DNA of 64,000 nt from Epiperipatus broadwayi. Taxonomy: Eukaryota; Animalia; Onychophora. Positions 13,061 to 27,480 of this stretch are shown here, in pieces. The notes under the pieces were generated by a model. The model searched no databases. It was not told the origin of the DNA and saw only the letters and a program-made list of their open reading frames with translations. The stretch covers positions 682,001 through 746,000 of the forward strand of contig JAQFVV010000007.1 of NCBI GenBank assembly GCA_028023455.1. Direction: 5' to 3'. Numbering within the stretch: the stretch's first letter is position 1; every line of letters starts with the position of its first letter. The translations under genes and the position numbers were made by a program.

Positions 13061-16000
13061 TACCCCCAGTAAAAAATGTTAAAGATCGATGATATCTTTA
13101 ATTGCTTACCTTTCTCTTATTTAAAAATTAGGCTAAGATAGGTCTAAGTTTTTTGTTGAGCAGTTAATGATTTATTACAATATTTGTGTTTATTAATAAG
13201 TTTTAATCATATCCCAAGATTATCCCAAATATAGAAAGGTTTCTTGTTTTCCTATCCAAGTATCACTATATTCAGTGTCTCTATAAAATAGCTATAAATT
13301 TAAAGAATTATTTGTTTTTCCTATAATGTAAGTAAGGTAGTTTTTTTCCACTGGTAGGTGTTACCAAATTTACTTTAAATCCTGAGATGCATAATGATCG
13401 CTGTGTAATAATCTTTGTCCTGATTCAATTGTAGTTTTTTAAAAGGCTGTCTCCTATTGCATCAATCTCTATTACCGTTTTTTACTTAATTTAATTTAGA
13501 CATAACCATCATCATCCATTATATGGTTTTGAATTTATCCTTTAGAGATTTGTATTTTATGTTACATTGATTAAAAATTTGTTAATCTCACCCATGATAT
13601 GGTTTCATGATTAGTACATTATATGTTCTTTTGATACCATTGCCTTTATTTATCCAATATGCATTTGGAGCAGTGCATTTGATGATAGTAAATAATCATT
13701 CCTACATATTGCAAAATTTGTAAAAACTAAATTCTTTATGATTGCTCATAAGGGGTGTCTAATAAAGACTTTGTCTCTGATGTGAAAATGATAATTAGCA
13801 TTTTTAATTTGTCACCCTTTTCACTCATTTGTAGCATTTTGCTATATGCCTCCATTTGATTTTTTTCTAGGTCGAAAGGTGTTTTTTGTGAGCATATGCA
13901 TGGTTTTATGGAATAAGACTAGGGCAAGTTTTGTTTTATTTTTGATTATTTTCCCCTAAAAATGTGTTTTCCTTTTGCAAGGGTATCTTGGCTTAAAATT
14001 TGTGTATAATATTTAACACATCATGTAGTACTAAGATTTGGATTGCTGGATTTATTCTACTCTCAGGTGTATTTTTACACAAGATGTGCTTATTAGTATA
14101 CTTGGTATTGTGGGGTATGATATTTATATTTGTATTTATTACTTTTGTAATGATATACCACAGACGTTTTTAGTAGAAAATCTGTCTAGGGATGCATTTA
14201 TGCACTATGTAAAGTATAGGTCTGTTTAAGAGTACCTATCCTGCTCTTTAATATTAATACTTACTGGATTTTCTTCAGTATCAGTTAAATGTAATAGTTG
14301 TCATTAATTTATAAATGAAGTAACTTGTTGAAGTAATCAGTCTCCATTGTTAATGATAATGGCATAATTCATTACTGATTCTAGAAATAAAATTATAATT
14401 TTATTTCTAAAAGTTTATTTCCAAATATATTTTATGATATAAGTTCTATAATGTGTGTACTCCTCTTTTACATTTTCATTCTTCTATCTGATTAATCATC
14501 ATCCCAATTGCTCATTACATGAATTCAAATTCCCACTTTGTGAAATTTTATTTAGTCTTAAAATGATTTACTAATATCTATATATAAACAAATTGGGATT
14601 ATTCTATTTCTTGTAATTTGGTTTCCATATACTGGCTCATAATCCTATAGACCCATTTTCATTCTAAACTTATTAAGCCTTTATATTTGCACATTTAATA
14701 AAAGTGAATGGGTATTCATAGGTATTACATAGTTTATGCAACATAATATCTTTTTGATTCTTAGTATGTGTTGTTGTTCTAATGCCTATTTTAATTCTAA
14801 ATTTGAGTTTATTTATTGGTTTCTTATTCTTTGTACCATGTTTTGTAATAGTTTTTATTGCTATAATATAGGAGACCATCTGATTTCTTTCTTGATAATT
14901 GATTTTTTTGATGATCATAAGTATGAGATTTTGGATAAGAATTGGGGTTAATTGAATTTGTTTTTATTTTGATTTTTTGCTGTTGTGTTTATATCTAGAT
15001 GAATTTTGAATATTTTAAGAAGATTGTGTGGTGTGTGTATTTATATCTTGTTTTATCATGTAGAAAATACTTTCATTATTAATTTGTATTATATACACAT
15101 TCACTCTCATTACCCACTTCATATTGGCCTCCAATCTTTTTTTCATCAGTTCTATTAATATTTTCCACAAGGCAATTCAATTTCTCTGTTGTTTCAATTT
15201 TCTCTACATATGGTTTAACATTTTGAGAAATTTGACTTTGTTTTTCTTTTATTTTATATAATTTGCTATTGTATATCACCTTTATATTTTTAATTATTTG
15301 ATTTACTAAAATATTAATGGTTTTTATTTGATTTAATATACTAGTGTGATTTTCCAATGAAATTTCAATACTGTTTTTATTTTGCTTTATTTCAGTTTCC
15401 ATTAAGTTTTTTTCATGTTAAGACATTGATAATCGTTTTCCATTGACTGAAAATTTTTTTCATGAATATCTAATTTATAGCTTGTTTTTTTATAGTAATC
15501 TGTTTTTATATGGATATTCTTTATTCTTTCACTGTTGTCTTTTTGGTATTCTTTTTGATTTAGTTGGAATTTACCTTCAAATGTTTCATTTTTTTCTCGT
15601 TTCCAGATATCTCATTTCCATTTTACTTTCTAATTTTCCTTCAAATTCGACAAATTTTTTTCTCACATTAAGATTTTTTTCATCTATAACCTTTTCAGGT
15701 TGTCTTATTTTGTTATTGATGTCAGTCTGCATTCGTGATATTTCAGTTTTGAATCCAATTTTTAGATGATAAACCATTTGGTACATTATCCATCATTTGC
15801 TGTTGATCTGCTTTCATATTATCCATCTTGATAAAATACTAATTTTCTACTTCACCTCTGAGTAGTAATTAATTACAATTGTGCTTTATGCAAAAAAGTG
15901 AAGAGCACTGTGGCCAGAATGTAACGATGTGAAGCGAAAAATTAAGGAAGCATGCTTTATTGCATGTGACAACTGTGCAATAAACCACAAGGAGTTGTGC
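13060..16000 (-). mobile_element. Decayed LINE-like remnant (K/N/E-rich ORF1-like region plus APE-like region)
   Basis: Broken low-complexity coiled-coil-like ORFs at 15079..15786 and weak APE-like motifs at 14100-14900; many stops. Confidence 0.3.
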
Positions 16001-18574
16001 TTTGCAATCTCCAGAAAATGGGTTTGCATAAATTTTGAATAAATTACTGCTAAACTTTAGTTAAATAAGGCTATGAATATGGAGACTTGAAGTCTTTGAA
16101 AGCACTAAGCCATATATAATATTTTATTCCAGCTTCACATTTTTGCATAAAGCGCAATTGTAATTAATTATCTGTCTTGGTAAACACTTGGTGTTGATCT
16201 GCCTTTATATTATTCATTTTGGTAAACATTTGCTGAATATATGCTGAAAGTTGCAATTGTTGATTGGTGAACATTTTCTGTTGATCTTCTTTCATATTCA
16301 TCACAGAGACATTTGTTGCATCATCAATATTATTTGGTTTAATGGTACATCATTAACATTTCCTTTCTTTTCCCTTGGTTTCTATAAAGTTTTATTGGTT
16401 TCTGGGGATTGGGAATTTTGTACTGTGGTCCCCCAGATACTCTAAGATCCTGTTTTATTTCTATCTCTTCTAAAATATTACCTTCCATTTCATTTCATTT
16501 TGTTTCATATTTCAGTTTCATTTTCCTTTTTAATACATGTTTCTAACTGTATCATTTTGATTTTACTTTTGATAATCATGAAATTTTCTACTACTTTATT
16601 CTAATTTATTATACTAATTATTATTTCAACTTTTAATCTGTGATAAAAATTTCTTATTATAATGTACATCATGGAAATATTTATCATTGCTATCATTTTT
16701 ACTATTTTTTCCAAAACAAAATTTTATGTTCACTTGAACTGTTACTTTATTAGACCTGTTAATTTACTATTTAGTGTCTCCATTTTATAGCACTTTCAAT
16801 GGTTGACTATCATCAATTTTACATATTTTTATTTGTAAGTAAATTTCAATTTTCAAGTTCAATTTGTCATAACAAAAAAATATATATATAAATAAATATG
16901 TTTATGTTTTATTGTTTACAGTATTGGAAATTTTGAATTGTATGTTAATATAAAATCTGATTAATGTGTTATCGGATATATTTTATATATATAACCAAGT
17001 GTGATATTAATATCCAATTCTACACGCCGTCATTGGTAGCACCATATGTAACAGAACGGGATTTTACCTGGTATCATAATAGATCAACTAGGTCATCATA
17101 ATGAATAAGTCTTTCTTGGATCATTGCACCTGCATACCCACATACATTTTTCATTTCTGGAAGATGAGAGATTAATAATCAAATAAATATTAAAATATAT
17201 ACCTACACTCACTTCATCCTTACCATCTCTCACTTTCATTAATCCCTGGTGTCAAACTTGTAGAGAATCTGCATAGCATCTAGTTCAGGGTGCATTCATA
17301 TCACTTAAAATATGAGTAGGCATAAACATGCATGGGTATTTAATGACAGGTGTGGATATATGAAAATATTTATAAGTATGTGAGAAGATATGACTTATTG
17401 AAAAGTGAATATTGAAAAATACACTGAGAGTTTTTAATTTAAATACTTGTATATATTTAACAAATATATTTAAAGTAAGTAACATGTTAATAAAAAAAAA
17501 TTATAATAAATTATAAAATATTTAATTTAACATCTATGATTACTTTTTGCTTACAATTTATTGCAATTATTATTCCAAATCCTTATCCCTACAAAAAATA
17601 ACCATTTGATGTCCATGTTAATATGAATGAAATTTATATTATATTTATGATTGTGTCAATCATCCTCACTTGCTATTTATTTTCGTTAACTTGATATATT
17701 AAATTTCTATCTGTTATAGTGATGATACGGGCAAAAAAAATCGTTTAGGATAGAAATAGTTAGTCAAATATACTGAAAACATTTAACAAAAATATTAGTG
17801 TAAACAAACAAATACAAATATATAACAGTGCAATTGTATAAATGTTTGGAATAAATACATACTAGGTAAAATCTTACCTTTTCCTGGATGATGATCAGAT
17901 TTGTACACAAGCAAGTCCTTGTCATAATCTATATTTAATTTTACTTAAAATAATGGCAATAATATTTCTCCATTATGTTATGTACTAACACTTACCCCCC
18001 CCCCATTATATCCTTGTTAAAGACAAGATATAAACGAAAACATTTACATAAAATATAGAAATAAATAAATTAATGGTGTCAATGTAAATGTTATTTTACA
18101 GTTCATAAGGAAAAATATCTTAGTGAGCCATTCTAACAATTCTCATTAATTCATTTCGGATATAGGTGATAAAATGTGAGTGTTCTATAACAACTATTAA
18201 GACATTTATGCATTATATACTTGGAACTATTGCTTTAAAGGGGAGAATTGTTGGATCTGTTTATTAACAATCAACATGGTGTTTTATGGCACAGTTGTAA
18301 AGTGTTAGATCAATTTCCTCCCAATTCTGACAGTTATAGCTCTGTGAGTGATGATGTTTTCCCCCCAATATTGCATTTGTACTTAGCAATGCATGGTTGT
18401 CTGTATAAATATTAATATAATTTTATTAAAATAGCTTCAATGAATTAAGAGCAATATTTCCTTATACTATTAGATATCTTTAATTCTAGATGATTTGATC
18501 TACAATTTAGAATTAACAATGCTTTGGAAATTTAAATATCTTAATTTAATTTTGAAGATTTCACTTTCGAATTC

Positions 18575-19260
18575 TTCAGTTGGATAGTTTTAACTCTATA
18601 TGCTTTTCTTACTTTATCAAATAGTGAAGTATTTGTTTTAATGACTATTTCAATTTAATGGTGGCTGGTATTTATATTGAAATTGCAAGTTTGAATTCTC
18701 TGCTTAATTTTACACAGGTTATTACCCAATGAAAAGTTTTATCTCAATTCAGAGAAGAAGCTTGTTCCTTTTTTTCTTTTTCCTATTCACATGACGATAT
18801 CCTATCTAAGATAATTTTAGATTATTTTAATATTAAGTTTGTGATTTTGATTTCGGTCCATTGTTTACATCATTAGTATAGGTAAATGTTAATAAAAATA
18901 AAAAATATTTTATTTATTTATTTCCTTTAACATACACCTTTATTTTTTGCCTAAATTTATTCTATCCGATTATATTTCTTTCATATTATTGTAATGTGTC
19001 AGATTTTCATTACAATTAAGAAGATAATTTTAATATGGGTTAGTTGTTATGTATGCCTTTTATAATTTAATTCAAATATGTATTTATTCTATGATTAAGT
19101 TGGGGTTTAAATGGGTATAACACTTAATGGTTTATCAATTATAGTGCTTCATTTTTATTAGTGTAGTGTTTATTAAAGAATGATAATATATCAGGTTCTG
19201 GATTCAAATTAGGCCAAAAGGTTTATAAATAATATTGGAGGAATGTAAGGGCCACACCTT

Positions 19261-19263
<3 letters not shown>
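18575..19263 (-). mobile_element. Decayed retroelement copy containing the empty site for element E
   Basis: Matches 6140-6460, 11100-11150 and 12729-13050 colinearly. Confidence 0.65.

Positions 19264-19337
<74 letters not shown>
19264..19337. repeat. (TA)n microsatellite
   Basis: Pure TA run; further TA runs at 19901-19935, ~20040-20073 and ~20577-20592. Confidence 0.98.
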
Positions 19338-19340
<3 letters not shown>

Positions 19341-19897
19341 AATGGGATGGCATGAATGCTATTAATCCCTCATTTGATAATCCTTTAGTTCCAGGTGGCA
19401 CATGTAATGGTGTGGGCATTTATATCAGATTGAATGTGTACAGACAAACAAAATAGCCTCATCCTCAAATAACATGTACAACAGGTGATATAAATTATCT
19501 CCAATCAATATGATAATGAAACTATTATATTAAAACAGTATGAAATTCGTTTTAATTGCTTGTTTCCCTGCATACTCTAATCTATTCTCGTTATGCCATG
19601 GAATTCGAACTCAGGAAGATTATACATTAGTTCTAGTTCGGGGGTATGACTATATCTTGCTTGTATACCAATTATATATCTGTAGGGTATGTTGTGATAT
19701 GTTGAATCAAGAAATAGATAAACAATCACGAATATAATTATAATAACTAATGTTTAATATGATCACATAAATAACAAACTGTTTGTGTAATTCAATTTAA
19801 TATAATATGAATTTTTTTTTTATAACCGTAAAAAAATGAAAATGGAATAAGTATGACCATATTTTTGTTTTTTCATTTCTATTATATAGTAACTTAT

Positions 19898-19900
<3 letters not shown>
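19338..19900. mobile_element. Possible solo LTR or TG...CA element inserted in (TA)n
   Basis: Starts TGTAAT, ends TATACA, with pure TA runs on both sides; no partner copy in the window. Confidence 0.35.
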
Positions 19901-19939
<39 letters not shown>

Positions 19940-20037
19940 GTTTCCAACCAGTAAACACCTAAACATTCACAGTAAATATAGCAACCAATATTTCTAACTG
20001 CTGTCAAAGCAACCTTCACACCTTTTAATAGTAAGAA

Positions 20038-20076
<39 letters not shown>

Positions 20077-20592
20077 TTATGAGGGATGATCATTCATTAT
20101 TCGAATGTATTAATTCAGTATTCTAACATAAATTAAATTTGGCTCTTCATCCTTAATAGTGATCTATGTATTATAGTTGACTTTTTCATTCCCATGACAT
20201 AATACTGCAAAGATATAAATTATGAATATTATCTTTTATCTTAAAGTTTACTCTTGATGGTGTTAAAATATTATAGAGTGGATTATTTATACAGAAATAT
20301 TAATCATTCATTCCGAATATTAATATTTAAAAAAATTTAGCTAATATCTTAATTACAACAAACAAATAACATTTGTAAAAGAACGTTATAATTATAGTGG
20401 TGTGTGTATCTAAAGTTAAGTAAAGTAATGTCTTCCTCTTTTTAATCTGTAGATTTCACAATGGTTGTTAAGTTACCTTGAGGATTTTTATTTTATGTTT
20501 TATTAATAATCGAAAATTATCACTAACTTTAGCTTATGGTTAAATGAAACTGGCCTTATTATCAAAAGATATGTGTGTATATATATATATAT

Positions 20593-22693
20593 TGTAACGA
20601 TATATAAATATGTCGTTACATTAATTTAAAATAAAAACTTAAAAGTTCGCAAATAAAAGTAAAAAACTAAACGCTAAAATTAAAACATTGTTAAACGTGT
20701 ATACATTCGCACAGATGTTAAACTTTAAAAAAAATTTTTTTTTCATAAACAAAAAAAAAAAGTATTTGAATGTATTTTTTTTAAATAAAAAAATACAAGA
20801 TTGAAATATAAAAATATTTTAATAAAAAAATAACGTAAGTTAAAATAAAAACAGGTATTAATTAATTCCTGTAATCTATAAAAGGAAATGATTGTTTATT
20901 AATTATCTAAAAGCTGTTTAATTAAAAAGTCAGATGGAAAGTTAGATAAGAGAAGAAAGAGATTTTAGCTTGACAAATGGAAGCACTAAGCCTTGGCCCG
21001 GACCATAACGAAAAAACAGATTAGTGACGTTTTGTTCATGGAATCCTGGTGGATAATATAAAAAGGGAAATACAGTTTTTTCTGACAGTTCCAGCGTTTT
21101 GTGTTTGAGAGATGGGGTATGACGCACATACCACACTCTCTATAAAAAAAAAAATGAAAAGACTGTGATACCTTGAACCAGCTATTGCCATCTCCAGAAC
21201 ATTACCTTTCAATGGAGGCGTCGCGGGAATTCCATAAGCTATATGAAAGGAACAATTATTAAAATCAATTAAGAATTTTCGTCAAGTTTTACAAATTGAT
21301 AAACAAGCCAACTTAAATGTTAAAACGGACTCTTATCTGACTTTTGTAAGTTTTTAAATCAAATTAATAATGTTTAATTTTATATGTTTTCCGATGGACA
21401 AACATCATTTCCATTTATTTTAATTGTATAAATTATTTATTGTTTAAATTTTAAATGTATGAAATTTAAGTTGTTTATAGACGCTTGCATGGATTCGTTT
21501 GCGGTTAATTATATTTTGGTTTTCATATTTGATCAAAATATATAGACATTCGATAAATAATGATACCTTACGGTGAGTATCTAAAATGTATTTATTCGGA
21601 TGTCTTTTAAGTTATTGGTGACAACGCAAGTATCTTATGGTGAATACTATTGGGTTACTTATAAGTTTCCCTCTGCGATTGTCGGTATAAATAATTTTGT
21701 ATTTTGATCGTTTATGTTTATTTTGAAATGTTTTTGACCGTGGAATCTATGTAATCGATCTATACCCAACATTTTTAAACAAATCTGTGTGAACGTATAT
21801 AAATGTTAAAATTAAGTTGGGCGCGAATGGCTATATAGTTTTGTAAAGTTGTAATAAGGGAGGGTAATCTTAGGTTATTCATTTCGTAGTTGAATTGGTT
21901 CAATGGATTGGATATATTTGTGTAATTAGTAGATGTAGTATGAGATCCGCTATGGGCAGGATTATAGATATACGCCACACACCCTCTGTTTGCCTATGGA
22001 TGGGTTTGTAAGTCGGCAGAAGACCGCAGTCCATTCCTATGGAGTTTTTAGTTTATTGATCTACTTGCCCACAGATGTCACATTCCTGTTGGTGGAGAGT
22101 CAATGTCTTCTCTATTTCTACTTATTGTTCAGATGTACATTCCTGACAATATAGTATTTTGTGTTGTCGTATCATGCTACATTGAATACATGAATGTATC
22201 AGATGGATTGGCGCCAGTTGATTGCGAAATTTGTTGCCTAAGGTTAAATCAGGGAAGAATATTTTCCTTTCAAATGCAGACCTATGTAGTCCATTCATAC
22301 TCGATCCTCTAAATAAAATATTAAACATTATAGCAAGCTATTTTAAATGTAAAATTAAAAATTAAGATAAAAATCTAAATGTTAAACTTATTCCTCGAAT
22401 TTAGAATGATTTTATATGTGCGTAAATAAATATTTTTCTGTGTTAATTTCTGGCAGTGGCTTTTATTATTTTATTCTTTTATATTTAAGATATAAAATTT
22501 ATAGATTTTTATCGCGGCGTCTCCGCTGAGCTAGTGACAATGGGCTAACGATCTAAATATGTAAATAAAGTGGAATCCTAACAGCACGTATCTGCCTACT
22601 TTATAAATTTTTCTAGGCTCAAATGCCTAGATGGCGCCCTTTGGTAGTGCGGTGCAGTGCGATGCGATCTCCCACTTCGTTTGGATCGTTATA
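20593..22693. mobile_element. 2.1-kb element with TGTAACGAT / ATCGTTATA inverted termini in (TA)n
   Basis: 9-bp inverted ends with 1 mismatch, ATAT on both flanks, more CpG than the surroundings. Confidence 0.45.
20940..21270 (+). pseudogene. Possible Tc1/mariner-like transposase remnant
   Basis: Stop-interrupted frame VFSDSSSVLCLRDG...WRRRGNSISYMKG resembles the Tc1/Tc3 VFSDE..F.L...DG...GGGS.MVWG region. Confidence 0.35.
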
Positions 22694-23559
22694 ATATATA
22701 TGATGTTGATCTTGTGTAGTCGAGTCTAAGATTAATTTTGAAAGAATTCATATTGACTAATAAAATAATTTTTTATTTTAGGGATCCTTTCTTTCTTTCT
22801 TTCCAAAATAGATTATTCCCTGTTTGAATGCTGTTCAACTTTCTCAATGGTGACTCCATTCTTTCATTTATGATAATAATTTCCTCTGAATGATTTCCTT
22901 TGATTTGTAGTCGTTCATTCTGATTTGATGTTTATCACTGACAAGTAGCAATTGATTTTCTTTCAAATCAAATTCGACATTATGGTAGTATTGTCACATT
23001 CCATCTCTAGGATATTTTTTCCCTCTAGCCGATCATAGTTGTGTATCCATGTTAAAGTTTATTTGAAGTCATCGGTTCTATTGAAACTTGATAACGTATT
23101 TTAATTTTCACGATCCTCTAAATAATGATAAAGTAATTGATTACTTTTAGTGTTCAGCTTTATTAGGATTACAAAAGAGATTTTTGATATTTGTAAAGTG
23201 TATTTTTACATATATTAAATGTATTCGTAATTATAATTATGGTTTTTTTTTTATTCTCCAAAATTATTTTCTTCTTTGGAGATGTGATATTTTACTGATT
23301 GTTGTTGAATGGCTTTGAGTGGTGGGTTCAAATTTATATTTCACTCATGAACATATTGACTAATCAGTGATATGTTTAAATCTCCCTTTTATCTTTATAA
23401 AGAAAAAAATCGTTTTATTCCTTTCTTTCTATTAACCGTTCTATATATCTTGCTGATTTAAGTTCATGCTTTTTTGTTTCAATTATTATCCATCCATCCA
23501 CATAATTTCATTGTGTTTAAACAAGCATTCATAACGTAGTACTGAAGTGAAAATTATCA

Positions 23560-24900
23560 GGAAGGCACTACACATAAAGTATCCCAAAAGAAGCATTCTT
23601 CTGGTGAGCCATACACTCCATTTTTTAGGTAGAAAGTGATAAAATTGAGAACATTCACTGAAGATACTCTCTCAGAATTTACAAAAAAAAGAATATTAAG
23701 ACACTTTCCCAAGCCATATTGAAAAAAAGTTAATTGATACAAACAGGCATGAGATTGGGTAGGTGGCTGAAGTATTAAATGCACCTGATAGTAGCAAACC
23801 TGCATATGCCAAAAAGGAAAGGGGGGTTGAACCTCTAACTAAGTAATCAGCATACAGAGAAGAAAAAATCAATGTATAAATGTCATCTGATATTGGAAGA
23901 AAAAAATTAAGTCATCATCATAGTACCAGGACAGAAGAAATAAAGTGCTACCATGAAAGAAACAAAATGGAGAAGATCAACTGGTAGCAACAATAATCCT
24001 ACCAAAACCTGAATAATTAGAAAATCCAGAAGTGTATCAAACCTTTATTCAGGAAATTTCTATCATGAATATGGTATTTCATTCTCTTCCAGAACACAGA
24101 TAATTAAATGAACCAGATGTAGATCACATCTCAATACAGAAACTTATTATAAGAGCTCTGATCATAATCCTCAGACTCCCAAAGCAGATTTTAGTTCAGC
24201 TTCTAAACAAAAAAATAAGAAAAAGAAAAATGATGAAATGGAAACTGAGGAAAAAAGATACTTTACAAAAATCAGGAGTAAATATCATGAAGTATAATAA
24301 CTTTGCATTCAGTGCTCATGATGGTTAGAATATGTTCTTATAGTATAGGAATTTGTGTTTATAATTCTGCACTTAACTAATGATTACTTTTTTTAAATAA
24401 GCCCCTCGGAGGAGGAGGGCTTCTATCAGTAGAATACTGTGTTGTCTATTAGGCACAGAACCATGTCATGTGTGTGGAGCTCTGAGACTCATAATGTAAA
24501 TGAGCAAGATAATTCAATTGGACAAACATGTTTTGGATTATTTTCAATTACCCTCTGGTAGTAAGTTGCATTGTGCTATAGTTTTATGGTGCTCATGTTG
24601 CCTTATAACTTGTATTCCATGATGTAATCTGACCATCATGGTTCTACAAGCATATATTATGCCAATAGTTATGCCATTTCCAGAAATAAAAAAAATATAT
24701 TTAAAAATGAGACAATTACCTTTGACCAAATAGTCTAATGTGGCTTAATAAATTATATCCCAGATTATTAGTCTATGGAAATATTAATGCCCAAGCATGA
24801 CTATAATAAATTTTGTTATAGTAAAATGAAATTGACTAAATCAAACTAAAATATCAAGAAAGGGATTCAACTCAATTTTATTTTTTATATAAGACTGGAG
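23560..24900 (+). mobile_element. Possible decayed LINE 5' half (K-rich ORF1-like region plus APE-like region)
   Basis: K/E-rich broken frames followed by weak APE-like motifs, including SDHH at ~24630. Confidence 0.25.
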
Positions 24901-25559
24901 TAAGGTAACCAGTTGTCCACATAGTTGCATTAAAAATAATTAGATAAGTTGGCAGAATGTTCTTCAGGTTTAGTTTAGGTTTATTTAATTAATGGGGAAA
25001 ATAGTATTTAATTTTCCCATGCATATTTTTTTTAAATAATAATGGATCTAAAATTAGTTAAATATTGCATTTTCTTTCCCACATGATAGTAGGAATATTC
25101 CAGATATTTTTTTAAATAATTGTCAAATCTTTTTCTAAATTATAATATGCATATTTTAATATGTATTGTAAATGTTGGTAGAAGAGACAGAAAAGTATCA
25201 AATCATATAAATAAATTATTTTGTAGTCTCTCTTAAATAATTTTATTTAATTACCAGTTGCTTTTATTTTTTTTTTAAATAATGTACCTTAAGAAAAAAA
25301 AAAGTTCTTTTTAGTAACTTGTTTAATATTTAATTTTAACATATTAAGGGAGATAAAACATTAAGTTTAAGAGTATTTTTTTAAAAAAATAAGATTTTAA
25401 TACTTTTGGTAAATTTTATTTTTAAATAGAGTTGTTTTTCTTTGTTTTTTATCTCTCTTCATTACAAAAAAATTAGTGTCCTTAACTGATTATCTTATTT
25501 TTATTTTTGCAAAAAAAAAAAAAACATTTTAATTAGAAAGAAGTGCCAAGAATTTTAAG

Positions 25560-26300
25560 ATGTTGGTTTAAGTTCTTGACTTGTTTCTCAATGTCTATGA
25601 TTAAGGAGAAAATAGCTGAACAGTTGTATTTATAAAAAAGTATCTACTTGGCTGTTATAAAAGCTATTATTTCAAAGACAGATTGTGATTGGTCTGTAGT
25701 GAAGATTGTTTTAGAAAAATAATAATAGGATTGCATTAGTCAGAAAACCCAAGTGTCATGTAAGAAGAAGATTCTTAACTTAGCAGTTGAAGAGAGAGCA
25801 GCCAAGTTTTAATCCAGCTGATAAAGAAGCAGAAGTGTTTACCAAGGTGTTTATAGTATAGCAGAAATGTTAACCAAGCTATTGCATAAAATAGCAGAGG
25901 TTTTAATCAAACTTTCAGCCTGCTATATGAGTTTAGTTATAAAAGTGGTTTCCATAATGAAAACTATGTGCAAAACATAGTTAAAAGCTAAACATCATCC
26001 TACTTCATGTAACCTGCTTACACTGGGGCAAAAATGAAGAGGTTTCACCCCTAAAATAATCTGCAACCTTGTCTTTGATTAAGAGTATGCCTCTGTATCT
26101 TAAACCTGGAAATTTTAGTTAAAAAATTGATAAAAATGCTATCTTTTAATCTGGGAATATTGCAAATGAAGAAAATGACAAATTATATATGTACATGTCT
26201 AGAAGCCTTCAAGGAAAAACTCAATTGGAAAAAACTGAAAATTGTAACTGGAAAGAAAGACTCCATAGAAAATAAAATCATAGTTGAAGATATTTTTTGT
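25560..26300 (+). mobile_element. Possible hAT transposase remnant
   Basis: ILNLAVE at ~25770 resembles the hAT CxxHxLNLAV motif; frame otherwise broken. Confidence 0.3.
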
Positions 26301-27039
26301 GTGCACACTAAATTTTTATTTATAAAAAAATATATAAAAGTAATAATTTTTATAAGAATTAATAATTTTAAATATTTTCATTAAGTTAATGTTTTCAAAT
26401 TGTGAAATATGTTTTTTTAAAAGTTCAGTCAATTTTTTCTTTAAAATTAAAAAATAGTTTTTAGAAAATTTACTTTTTTTGTAAATTTAAATTTTGTTTC
26501 TTGAAACATGTTTTTTATATTTCATTTGTTTTCACTTCTAAAACTTAAAAGATTAATTAAGCCAAATCAAACATTGTTATCTTTGATTTTGAAAATGTTA
26601 TTTTTCCTATCATTAGTTATTTTTAAAAAAACTTAATTAATTAAGTTAATTTATGAATACAAATCAACTGATTGATAATTTTTATGAAAATATTTTTTTA
26701 TGATATGAATATTTAAAATTTCAGACTATCATGTAATTTTTTTGTTCATTGTTAATCAATTAGTTATTAAATAATTGTTTTAAAAATACTTTTTTAGTCT
26801 TAATTTCTTTATTCTATCCAATTTGTTTTATAAAATGCAGTGTGTGTAACTTTATTTCATGACAGCCTAATGTTTTAGTATTTTTGAAAAAATAATCTCA
26901 ATAAAACTATTTGCCTATAATAGGGTAAACCTAGAAATTATTCAAAGTGATTTATAATAAGCTGCTTTGCTTCCTGAGCTAGATTTGTGCATAATAGTTA
27001 TATGAACTAGGTGTTTATGTGCAATGTTATGAGAATCCA

Positions 27040-27480
27040 GATGGTAATGCCCCTGATTGGCACAAAAGGGATACTTTTAAACATCCATGCACATTTCATT
27101 TATTTATTGTTTCTTTAAAAATTAAGTTTATAGTTGGTCAGTATATTAATGGTACTAAGAGGCTGGAGCATTGATTATGGTCAAGATGCTTAATTATCTC
27201 AGTGTAATTTGACCTATTGCATTTTGATGGAGTACCAACTAAGTATATTTATTTAGATAATTATTGTTTGTATTCCTGCACTAGATTTGGCAGTGACTAA
27301 ATAATTGGCATGCTTTATAATGGGCAACTTTTGAATATAGTCACAAGATTGATGATTTATATTTATTGTTGATCATTCATGATGAACTTTTATTACTTTT
27401 GTGAAATGCAAGTGAACTTATTGTTAGTTCTGTGCTGATCTCTCATGCTCATTCAATTTATATTTAATTTTGTACTTAGT
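27040..27480 (+). repeat. Dispersed copy of the repeat forming the 3.9-6.0 kb foldback
   Basis: ttaaaaattaagtttatagttggtcagtatattaatg...tagtcacaag...gatcattcatgatg matches 4670-4930. Confidence 0.75.

Noticed and set aside
13100-13800. Penelope-like RT (MDD and FLYLG words)
   Set aside because: The motifs need several frameshifts, and adjacent sequence looks APE-like instead; the class cannot be assigned.
23551-23593. Possible small exon ending in gtgagc
   Set aside because: No recognisable homology, and it lies at the edge of a probable decayed LINE region.
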